A stretch of DNA of 64,000 nucleotides from Ostrea edulis (Eukaryota), in assembly GCF_947568905.1 (NCBI RefSeq), contig NC_079165.1:28272001-28336000 (forward strand), written 5' to 3'. The notes beneath the pieces are model-generated. The model searched no databases and had not been told where the DNA came from. It saw only the letters and a list, made by a program, of their open reading frames with translations. Made by a program: the position numbers and the translations under genes. Of the stretch, positions 47,436 through 57,730 are shown piece by piece (the stretch's first letter is position 1; every line of letters starts with the position of its first letter).

Positions 47436-47738
47436 GTTCTGTAGCCGATGACTTTCTACACACGAATGAGACTGTAACAATTTCGATGAGGTGAGAGGAA
47501 AATTGATCTTTGTTTTCCAATTCTAACGTCGAAGTTGTAGCTTTTGGCAAATTCGATCCTGTCTTTATTTTATGTAGTATTTTTCTAGTGGTCTTGCATG
47601 TGAATTGGGATGAACAAGTCCACTGAAGTAAAAACTAATACTAAACGAAACAAGATAGCGAACACAACAAACGTTAGTTATCTTTCCTCTGTAAACAAAT
47701 ATATATCAACTCAACAACAAACAACATGTGAGTGAATA

Positions 47739-48866
47739 CAGTAACATACGCTTATAGTGAAGTGCTGGGGACAAACAATTACAGTAAAACACGCTTATAG
47801 TGAAGTGCTGGGGACAAACAATTACAGTAAAACACGCTTATAGTGAAGTGCTGGGGACAAACAATTACAGTAAAACACACTTATAGTGAAGTGCTGGGGA
47901 CGAACAATTACAGTAAAACAGGTTTATAGTGAAGTGCTGGGGTCAAACAATTACAGTAAAACACACTTATAGTGAAGTGCTGGGGACAAACAATTACAGT
48001 AAAACATGCTTATAGTGAAGTGCTGGGGACAAACAATTACAGTAAAACACACTTATAGTGAAATGTTGGGGGACAAACAATTACAGTAAAACACACTCAT
48101 AGTGAAGTGCTGGGGACAAACAATTACAGTAAAACATGCTTATAGTGAAGTGCTGGGGACAAACAATTACAGTAAAACACGCTTACAGTGAAGTGCTTGG
48201 GACAAACAATTACAGTAAAACACACTTATAGTGAAGTGTTGGGGACGAACAATTACAGTAAAACACGCTTATATATAGTGAAGTGCTGGGGACGAACAAT
48301 TACAGTAAAACACGCTTATAGTGAAGTGCTGGGGTCGAACAATTACAGTAAAACACGCTTACAGTAAAGTGCTTGGGACAAACAATTACAGTAAAACACG
48401 CTTATAGTGAAGTGCTGGGGACGAACAATTACAGTAAAACACGCTTATAGTGAAGTGCTGGGGACAAACAATTACAGTAAAACACGCTTATATAGTGAAG
48501 TGCTGGAGACAAATAATTACAGTAAAATACGCTTATAGCGAAGTGCAGGGGACGAACAATTACAATGAAACAGGTTTATAGCGAAGTGCTGGGGACAAAC
48601 AATTACAGTGAAACAGGTTTATAATGAAGTGCTGGGGACAAACAATTACAGTGAAACATGCTTATTGTGAAGTGCTGGGGACGAACAATTACAGTAAAAT
48701 ACGCTTATAATGAAGTGCTGATGATAAACAATTTTGATTCGTTATAAACGTAATTCGTTATCTCTAATAAGTTCATGATACGTTTTAAAACTACAGGGAA
48801 ATAAAAATCACTTCGCTGTAATCGTGAATTCATTATAAACGTGATCGCTGTATTCGTGTTGTACTG
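47739..48866. mobile_element. Tc1/mariner-pogo-type MITE whose left end is amplified into about 23 copies of a 43-bp repeat
   Basis: TA lies at 47737-47738 and 48867-48868. The right end TATTCGTGTTGTACTG is the inverse of the CAGTAAAACACGCTTA that begins each monomer. The unit CTTATAGTGAAGTGCTGGGGACAAACAATTACAGTAAAACACG spans about 47740-48720. Confidence 0.8.
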
Positions 48867-49635
48867 TATGGCGCTAGTAAAATCTAAACTGTTGGTAGCA
48901 TTGATGCCAAAACTAAGTTTTAAAAAAGGCACAACATGTTCACATTCCCTGAAGACTTTATCAAGATTCAATTATCTTATACACGGCTTCAGTCAATTCG
49001 CATGTCTTCACGGAGATTGTTCACTATCTGGAGAGGAGAAAAACTGGATCCCTTAGTGTTAAAACGGAATGCTTTAGGGTTAAAATTCCTAGTGATGCAG
49101 AGTGCTGTATACACATTCTCTTTTTTGATTCTCTAAAGATAAGAGACGTATTGATTAGGAATTAACAACTGCAAGGGATCCCTGGGAATCAATGAAGACA
49201 TCGAGATGCTTCTGACGGAGGAAATCTTCCCTTATTTACCCTCCAATACAACGGTTGTAGAATGAAACTGACAAGGGATACAGTCTACTCGATTGATTTT
49301 GAATCGCTGCGTCTTTTAGCTATAAGGAATGAGTGATGGATGGTTGTAATAAGAGGCGACGGATTCTCTGCCAGAAGAAAAAAACCAACATAGCAACCCT
49401 TTTCAGCAATTAGTACGCAGATATGTAAAATAGGCCTCTACTGGGACAGTGCATTGATTTTCAAGGCCTTTTCCGCAGAACAAAAGACGAATATTACGTA
49501 ATATCATACAAATAGATGGAATATGTATATCGAGCAGAGCATGTTAATTTCATTATGTGGGAGACAGCTAGCGGAGCACCATATCTAACACAGAACAAAA
49601 GATTGCGTCTTAACATCATAGAACAACCTATCACT

Positions 49636-50341
49636 CATCGTCGGAAACCCACGGTTGATTACGCTTCGTTCCTCTCTCCATCACCCGTGGGTCCATTCAT
49701 ACCTATTCGCTCGTTCTCATGAATAATATCTAAAAATATTGTCCAATCAAAGTAATCGTTATAATAACGGAACTCTTCTGTTTTTAAAGGTAGCATTACT
49801 TAACTGCTACCACAGCAAATATGGCCGCGCCTGTAAAATATTGCGTGCTTTGCCAAAAGACCATCACTGACCGATCATACAGGTCTCTATCGTCAGCCAC
49901 GAGTCAGGAACAGTACAAGGATGTGTACAAACTTATGTGCGTTCCAAGCATAAAAGGATTTGCATGTAATTCCTGTGCCAACAAGCTCAACCGCGTTCAA
50001 AAGCTCAACAACGATCTGAAAACTAAATTAATTAGCATAAAAGACGAACGAGATAAGCTGTTATCCACGTTGAAAGATATGACAGGTGTTCGAAGTCTTA
50101 AAGACAAACTGTCAACGCCTAAAGGGACAAAACGAGTGTTAAGTTCATTAAAACTCACCCCAACTCCAAAATCAAAAGTAAAAGCGTCTTTTTGATTGGA
50201 CGAATTCGCTCAGGGTATACGTAAAGCGCCCAATGAAATTGCCTCATGAATTATTCATGAGAACGAGCGAATAGGTATGAATGGACCCACGGGTGATGGA
50301 GAGAGGAACGAAGCGTAATCAACCGTGGGTTTCCGACGATG
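49636..50341. mobile_element. 706-bp non-autonomous element, perfect 92-bp TIRs, 9-bp TSD (Mutator/MULE-like)
   Basis: 49636-49727 is the exact reverse complement of 50250-50341. CCTATCACT lies at 49627-49635 and 50342-50350. Confidence 0.92.
49821..50195 (+). CDS. 124-aa C2-C2 zinc-binding (ZAD-like) plus coiled-coil mini-protein inside the MULE-like element
   Basis: The ORF is intact with an AAATATGGCC start context. It has CVLC...CNSC spacing, a heptad run (KLNRVQKLNNDLKTKLISIKDERDKLLSTL) and a basic TPKGTKR/TPKSK tail. Expression is unproven. Confidence 0.6.
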   Translation: MAAPVKYCVLCQKTITDRSYRSLSSATSQEQYKDVYKLMCVPSIKGFACNSCANKLNRVQKLNNDLKTKLISIKDERDKLLSTLKDMTGVRSLKDKLSTPKGTKRVLSSLKLTPTPKSKVKASF

Positions 50342-50600
50342 CCTATCACTGGGTCCAATACTGTCTGACGTGTTTTATACCAATTGTTAAGCCGTTCTTT
50401 ACACACCAAATTTGACTACGTATTACTCCATTTATCTGATCAAATATGGGGCTTACGGCGGGTGTGACAGGTCGACAGGAGATACTTTCTGCTCCCAGGC
50501 ACCTGATCCCCTGGTACTTGTTTGACCAACTCTTAATTTTGTATTCTCTATATAGGAGTTATGAGATTAATCACTGTTCGTTATCTTCACCTTTACCTTC
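50342..50600 (+). mobile_element. Fragment of a common bivalve repeat (Penelope-like 3'/terminal region); host of the MULE-like insertion
   Basis: GGGCTTACGGCGGGTGTGACAGGTCGACAGG...GATTAATCACTGTTCGTTATCTTCACC has relatives at 57570-57730 and inverted tips at about 23066-23110 and 41750-41790. The Penelope label is from memory. Confidence 0.45.
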
Positions 50601-52785
50601 TACATCTACATTACAGTGGCGATTCTAGAGTGTGGTTGCAACCTCCCCCCCCCCCCCCCCCCCCTGGTTGAATATCTATTTGAAAAAGGTAAATGTTTGG
50701 CCATTTTGGATATTCTAAACTTCAACCCCCACCCATTTCTTGGGCGGAAAGGTACAAACTTGGATCGCAACCCCCTTTGAAAATAAAATATTCTGGATTC
50801 ACTTCTGGGTTACAAGTCAAGATGTTCGTCAGATAACACTCATTTTTCGTCGAGTTTTTCGGAGTAAAAATTATTGGTCCGATCCGCTTTACCGTAAATG
50901 TGCCGCGCCATGCTTTAAATTGTTGTAGATACAATCTTTATTCATAAAACGTTGAATTTCTTAAAAATACGGGGGTTGAAACCATGAGACAATGCTCCAT
51001 AGCTGAAAATAAGATACCGGGTCGTGTTATCTGTTGTGTACATAAAAACCAACAAACAATTGATTCGTAGATCATTGACAAATTACATAACGTAGTTCAT
51101 AGTCACATAGACGCAATTCATTACACTGTAATGCCAGAGAATTAAATCGTACAAAAGCTCGTCTGCAACTGCAGAAAACTACTATTTCCTATTTAGTCGC
51201 GCCATCTGTCAGAAAAATCGGCTAACATTTAATTTCCACTCATTAGGAGACACAGAGGTCCATCATTTTAAAGCCTCGCTTCCGTGATCGATGACACCAA
51301 ATTCCTGTCAGAGGGGATTCCATACTGAGCGAAATAGCACGCGACATGTCCTGAACCTTGTGGGAAACAGTGAAGGAGAGTATTGAGAACAGATTTAACT
51401 CCATTAAAAATTGTTCCAAAAGTTAATATACAGTGGCGGATCAAGAGGGTGGTGGATGGTGGTACGGGGGTTGCAGCCCCTCCCCTTTGCTTGAACACTT
51501 TGAAACCAAAAGGTCATTTTGTTGCCATTTTGGGGTCTTCACCCCTCCTCCTTTTGGGCTGAAAAGGTATAAACGTGGGTAGCAAACCCCTCCCTTATAA
51601 TATTTCCTGGATCCATCCATTAGTATACATGTTGACAGTCTAGACGCAGAGAAACCACAGTGATGCAGCCATTCAAACTGAAAGAAAAAAAGATTCTTTT
51701 TATTAACGCTATCCTGTGAATCTGACAAGGTCACACTTAGGCTGCACAAGCAGATGTCGGGCGCAGATTTTCGATGACCTTGAGAATTTTACTATTTCTT
51801 TATTAGATACAGGTTGTGAACATTATTCCGTGAGAAAAAGAAATACATAATGAAGATCCGTGCTGTCTGTCGCCAGCAGACTGACCAGTATACTCGATAT
51901 TATTAATGGTTTTATTACAGTTGAGCTCACGTGCTTAATTAGAAGGATGTAGGGAACGAACAGTGGTGTGTGATTAATTAAAACGCACCTGATCAAGGAG
52001 GAACCGACTTCCATTAGTTTCATACATGGTCACCCAGCATGAAAAACCTTGATTGGAGACAGACCTGGAGAAAAATGCCGCCCCGTGATTTGCATGTAGT
52101 TAACCATGTAATTATAGACATGATGTAATATCTTGAATAATATCAAAGGCATTTCAATGTTTTTAGGGATTGTCAGAAATAGGTAAATTGTCAGTTTGAG
52201 GAAGATTAAAGGTCGTGTAAATTGGCGATACAAGTGTGTTGTATATATATATTACGTGATTACGGTTATTGCAAAAGCGAGCAGGAGTTTAGTAGGAACA
52301 GTAATTAGACAGCCGAGAGAAAATAATGAAGTTTTAAAGTTCCATGGTTTAAAACCTATTCTAATTCTCTTGTATTTCAATAAACCAATGACACGTTGAA
52401 GATATCATTAACTCAGTGATTGCTAATTATAGTAAGGCCGTGTACATATACGACTTTCTGAACAATGCGAGTCTATGCATGCGTCTTTTGTTCGTTATTC
52501 TGACAGAACATACGATTTACCTTACGGTAACTCGTAATTAAATATGACCATTAATTAAGTGGTTGGTCTCTGGGGAGGAAAATCGATACATCCTGATGAA
52601 AATGTCCGCCTTGTAATACACGAGAACCCTTAAGAAAAAAACTGAATATCAGTTCTGGCATCGTACGTGTTTTAAACAAAAGCAGAATCTGCGTGTGGCT
52701 TTGAGTACCCATTTTCTTGCCCGGTTTACCTGGAATGCAAGTTACAAGCTTAAGGAAAACACAAACGCTGAATTCTCATAGTCAA

Positions 52786-53013
52786 AGAGCTTTTCTGTTG
52801 TATATTTTAGAGCCCTTCTATAGTATATTTTAGAGCCCTTCTGTTGTATATTTTAGAGCCCTTCTGTTGTATATTTTAGAGCCCTTCTGTTGTATATTTT
52901 AGAGCCCTTCTATTGTATATTTTAGAGCCCTTCTGTTGTATATTTTAGAGCCCTTCTATTGTATATTTTAGAGCCCTTCTGTTGTATATTTTAGAGCCCT
53001 TCTATTGTATATT
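52786..53013. repeat. 23-bp minisatellite, about 10 copies
   Basis: Unit TATATTTTAGAGCCCTTCT(G/A)TTG. Confidence 0.95.
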
Positions 53014-53019
53014 TTCTTG

Positions 53020-53790
53020 CGTGTGTAAGTTGTTTGCTTTACGTCCCGTCGAGAATTTTTCACTCATAGTGAGACATCACCAGCGATAGGTGAAGTACCA
53101 CATTTTTTTTTGTGACAAATTTATTGAGATCCATGTCACAAATAAGTGTACAAGTGCATACACATACATTAATGCAAGAGAGAGAGATAGAAAAAAAAGA
53201 GGAGTGGGGAGAGAGAGAGACTGATGGAGATAGACAGAGGGGTGGTGAAAGAGAGAAAGTAATGTAATGTCTTTGATACAAGTATATAAGTATGGTAATA
53301 TCAATCATAACTAGGTTTATCTTTGGAATCACTAGTTCTAAAGAAATAAGCATTATTCTGTTAATTATCAAATCATAGATGTCAGCAACAAAGCCTATCA
53401 ACCCAGGAACTGATGATTGATCTTAAAACACATATAACTACAATTAGTATACTGCAACTCAACATTGTAAATATGATGAATTTATAAATCAGTGGAATAC
53501 ATGTTTTTTTCTCTTGGACAGACTCTGATTGGCAAATACACTTATTATTATCTATATTTTACATTAAATTTTGATCTTGCTCTTTTATATCAAGTACCAC
53601 ATTTTATACCTATGCTTAGCACTCATGACCGTGGCAGTGGGGGTTCTTTAGCATGCCAACGCCTGCCGAGACATAGAACTTCGGCTTTTAACGTCATATC
53701 CGAAAGACTGGCTTACAAGTAGGCCTATAAATGCCGAGCGTTTTCTCGAAAGAGCAATCACTGTCTTAGGTTTGACGAGACCATGTCACA
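53020..53790 (-). mobile_element. Meta-core SINE split by a 485-bp insertion (53107-53591) with a 14-bp TSD
   Basis: AAGTACCACATTTT occurs at 53093-53106 and 53592-53605. A T-run and TTTATT (53120-53125) lie at the left end of the insert. Removing the insert restores the SINE sequence seen at 33340-33390. Confidence 0.8.
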
Positions 53791-54014
53791 AGCTCGATCT
53801 GTACAGCAGAGCAAGGGTACCAAGACGTTCTGAGGGTCTGTGACGAAAACCAACACCAGCTACTGATACTATCAATAGGAGCTGATACTGCCTATGGTCT
53901 ACACATATATTCAGAAAGAATATAAGAATTTCACAAGAATTTGATCAGCACTTTCATCCATAAGGCTCTTCAATGCTTAGGAGCCTGACGTAGTAGTTCT
54001 CGTTTCTGTACCTA

Positions 54015-54148
54015 CCCGTGTCGCGGCAGGCGTTGGCACGTTAAAGAACCCTCACTGCTACTGAGCGCTAAGCATAGGTCTAAAAACTGATGACGTCTCA
54101 ATATGAGAAAAAAAATCTGTCAAAGGGACATGAAACAAAGAAACAAAC
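54015..54148 (+). mobile_element. Meta-core SINE 3' half
   Basis: CCCGTGTCGCGGCAGGCGTTGGCACGTTAAAGAACCCTCACTGCT...GGGACATGAAACAAAGAAACAAAC. Confidence 0.65.
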
Positions 54149-54377
54149 GTTGTGTCTGAGAAGGAAGACTTTTTTTCGTTGGTAAGATTCACTGTATTCA
54201 CATTTCCAATGTTTTTGCCTTTGATATCTGATAGACATTTCCTTGTCAATGCGCTACAGTTGTGAACAATATTCTTATGAATCTAAATATAATACCTCTA
54301 TTTTAATGGCTGGGAATTCCAACAGAAATGATAGTAGAATCATAAATACATGAAGATATGAACTGCAATGCTTCATG

Positions 54378-55280
54378 CCGGTGTTGTAGTATAGACTTTC
54401 CCCCCGGAAAAAAGGGCCCAGTATAGATTTCCCCCCATGGGGGGGGGAGCACCCCCAGCATATAATCCCCCCCCCATGTACAAAGTCAGTGTAGAGTTTC
54501 CCCCTGGGCGGAAAAACCGCCCTGGTATAGAATTTCCCCCTCCTGTTTCCGGATTTTATCGACCGGAATCTTCGACGATATTCATAAAATAAACGAATAT
54601 TTTTTTTTTTTGGAGATGTTGAAGTTGGGTTTACACACTAAAAACTTTGAATTGCATATAGTAAATACAATGCTTCTCAAAAGACTTTAACAATGGTCAA
54701 TATCATTAGTATTTTTCGTAAAATGTCGACTAAAATATATTGAAATATCTGAAAAGGTAAAATAGATACACTGAATAGATAAAAGTAATTTAATTTTCCC
54801 GTTTATTTAAATTCGAAATTTTAATTTTAAAAAACATTAACTTCTTCCCAACTTCACTATTTCAAATGTTAGATACTAGTAAATAACGGCAAATACTTGA
54901 GATGTCTGAATGAATTTTGATATACCATTACACAATTGGAATAATTTCTTTAAAAAAACCAACAACATAAGATGATGATTGTGATACACAAGACACTGCT
55001 CAAAATTAAAAAATAATAAGAAGAATTCCTGGGTCTAGATAAGCAAAAGGATTCTAGTAATAGAACTGGAAACGGATACACTGTAGCTACAATATAAGAA
55101 GGGGAAAATCTATACTGGTACGGTTTTTCCTAGAGGGAAAAGTGGGCATGGGTTAATTCTTCCTAGGGGGAAATTCTATGTTAGGCCCATCTTTCCGGGG
55201 GGGGGGGGGATGTCTATCCCGGGCCCGTTTTTCCGGGGGGTAAAGTCTATGCGGGGAAAAATTCTATGCTACAACACCGG
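54378..55280. mobile_element. 903-bp MITE with CCGGTGTTGTAG TIRs and 4-bp CATG flanks
   Basis: The ends are CCGGTGTTGTAGTATAGA and TCTATGCTACAACACCGG, with CATG at 54374-54377 and 55281-55284. C-rich and G-rich subterminal repeats are present. Confidence 0.8.
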
Positions 55281-55660
55281 CATGCTGTTCATGAAGCGCT
55301 AAAGCGTTGCAGTTCATATCCTCGTGTATTTATACAAAAATGAAGTTTATTTCTTAATTATACCCCTTTAATTAGTTGTAGCTGAATGTAACCATGACTC
55401 CCTGTTTGGAAATAAAGCATATTCTTTTGCTCTCTCTACCGTCGCTTGCCCCCCTGTCAGCTTTCGCATTTTTGTCTTGTGTTGGAATTGTTCTACAACT
55501 AGAAGTGCTTTCTATCGAAACACATTCAGATTGTGTCTACAACCCAGATGAAACCGCAGTCATGTTGAAAACGATGTTACCAAAACCATAACAACTTGTT
55601 TCCTTCAAACTTAAAAGAGACACCTGATGTTGTAGCCATCGCGCTATTGTCTTCCCGCAG

Positions 55661-55674
55661 GTTGCCATGACAAC
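55661..55674. promoter_or_regulatory. RFX X-box-like palindrome
   Basis: GTTGCCATGACAAC is one mismatch from GTTGCCATGGCAAC. YY1-like ATGGCG motifs lie at about 55822 and 55851. Confidence 0.45.
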
Positions 55675-57265
55675 GACCTTGCTCTGCTTCCACCTTTATG
55701 TTATATCAGTGTAAGCATTTTTTCGAATTGAAGGATAAACAAAGTCTATTGTTTTTCCTCCGACTATAATGACGCTTTATCGTTGGATAAATCGAGTCAC
55801 GTGTTTTTTGTGTGTCTATAGATGGCGAGTAACAAAATTTGGACGGCACCATGGCGTCCGAAACATCATTTTATTTTTGAATTGATTGTATTTTTTACTT
55901 ATATATTTACACTCTATAAGTTTTGGTCCTCGACAAAACAAAACACTTCATTAGATACAAACCGACATATTCCCGTAAACCTCATGGTAATGTGTTGCTC
56001 ATATACTCTATTCGCCTGAATGAGAGGTTTATTTTAAAAAAAGACCAAACATTTGTGCTAATATAGGTCCATTGCCAGAATGAAGCCAGATGATGACCCC
56101 GTCAGGACTTTGCTCCAGTCAAGATCATTCACACTTGGCGTATTAGGGGTATGAAGTTGATGGAGCTTAAAGACCGTTGCACTCCGGGCTTTTTTTCTTT
56201 TAGGTTGTCACACTGAACCACATAAACTACCGATCTAGTCATAAAATATTAAGAAGTCGGGGTTGATAAACTGATTTTTTAAAAGAATGACCTATTGATT
56301 TTTTATCAAGAACGACTTGCTGCATTTAGATTATGAAATTTCAACCACCTGAAAATTTGTTAGTGTAGTGCCATCGTAGCAGCACCTTCGCACTTTGGTT
56401 AAATCGTCCTTCCCGCGAGGGAGAGTCTCATATTTACATGGTTAAAAAATGGGTTGTTTTTTTTAAAATGGTTTAAAAATGGACTCACTAATCAACCACA
56501 CAGCACCAGAAGTGATACAACTCTGTTTATTGCAGCCTGTAACACCAACATTTTAACAGTTGTGAGTTCTGCAAAATGCACTTGCGAAGGCTAATTATAC
56601 TAAGGGCTGACGGCATTGTGAATATGATTTTCCACATGAGTAAGCATGTTTACGACAGAACCCGGGGAACAACACATGTCAGAAGTAGGGGACCTGACAG
56701 ACGAAGAAAGAACATGTCAAACCTCTTTACAAAATGGCGACAAAACGGAGTATTGGGTATCTAAAAGTGCGTAAAAATACACCAAAACAATACACACATA
56801 TCAACAAATTGGCCTTCGGTAGTGTAAATGGTGCACCATGATTGTAAGGTTATGTTTTGGATGTCCTCATTCTTGACAATTACTGTGCCTTTAGGTGCTA
56901 AATATGTTCTTAGTTTTATAAATACAATGTTTATAAGCGATTGATATCCTTGATATAGTTGTTTGGTTGTCAGAGAGAGACATTGTGCAAGTCATACCAA
57001 GAAGAACTAGTTTCCAGAATTCTGGCATCAGTATATCGTTTTACGTACAACTATGTTTATGCAAAAAATACAGGCGTTTTAAGGATTTGGGTATTGTGAA
57101 AAGTTCTAAATGAGGTACGGAAATTGGCCCGCGTGTCACGAACTTTCTGTGTTTGTATCCACCGTTGTTTAAGTACACCAATCTTCCATTAGGTTTATTT
57201 TTATGTACGCACTAACACAAAACTCTCCTCCAAATGGAGTGAAATTTAATTGCTCTCGTAAACCG

Positions 57266-57370
57266 TTTTATTGCCATGTTCTGGTGTACGTCTTGGTATG
57301 TGTAAATCCTAAAGTTTGTTTTTATTGCCATGTTCTAGTGTACGTCTTGGTATGTGTAAATCCTAAAGTT
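57266..57370. repeat. 54-bp tandem duplication
   Basis: TTTTATTGCCATGTTCT(G/A)GTGTACGTCTTGGTATGTGTAAATCCTAAAGTT occurs twice. Confidence 0.9.
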
Positions 57371-57569
57371 GACCATACTTTTGTGGCAGCGTGGTCTTCA
57401 ACATCGTAGTTTCTTAAGAAATGTGATTTTGGTCAAAAACCATAAGTACGATTCATATTTAATCTGTAATAGACAAAACTGTGTAGGCAATACAACAAAT
57501 GTTTATTTTGTTTTTGCATTTATATATATTTATATCTATTTACTTCACTTTCTCCGTTTTCTTGATCAA

Positions 57570-57730
57570 TTATAGGGCCCAAAGCAGGTGTGACCGGTAA
57601 ACAAGGGATGCTTACTCCTCCTAGGTATCTGATCCTACTTCTGGCATGTCCAGGGGTCCGTGTTAACCCTACCATTAATTGTGTATTCTTTATAGGTGAT
57701 TGATCACTGTTCGATATCTTCACTTTTTCA
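57570..57730 (+). mobile_element. Second fragment of the Penelope-like terminal repeat
   Basis: GGTGTGACCGGTAAACAAGGGATGCTTACTCCTCCTAGG...GATCACTGTTCGATATCTTCAC is homologous to 50450-50595. Confidence 0.5.

Noticed and set aside
47740-48720. CRISPR-like regular 43-bp array
   Set aside because: The monomers are contiguous with no unique spacers, the context is eukaryotic and there are no cas genes. It is a satellite.
53060-53401. 113-aa minus-strand ORF
   Set aside because: It is built from a (GA)-rich low-complexity tract and SINE sequence.
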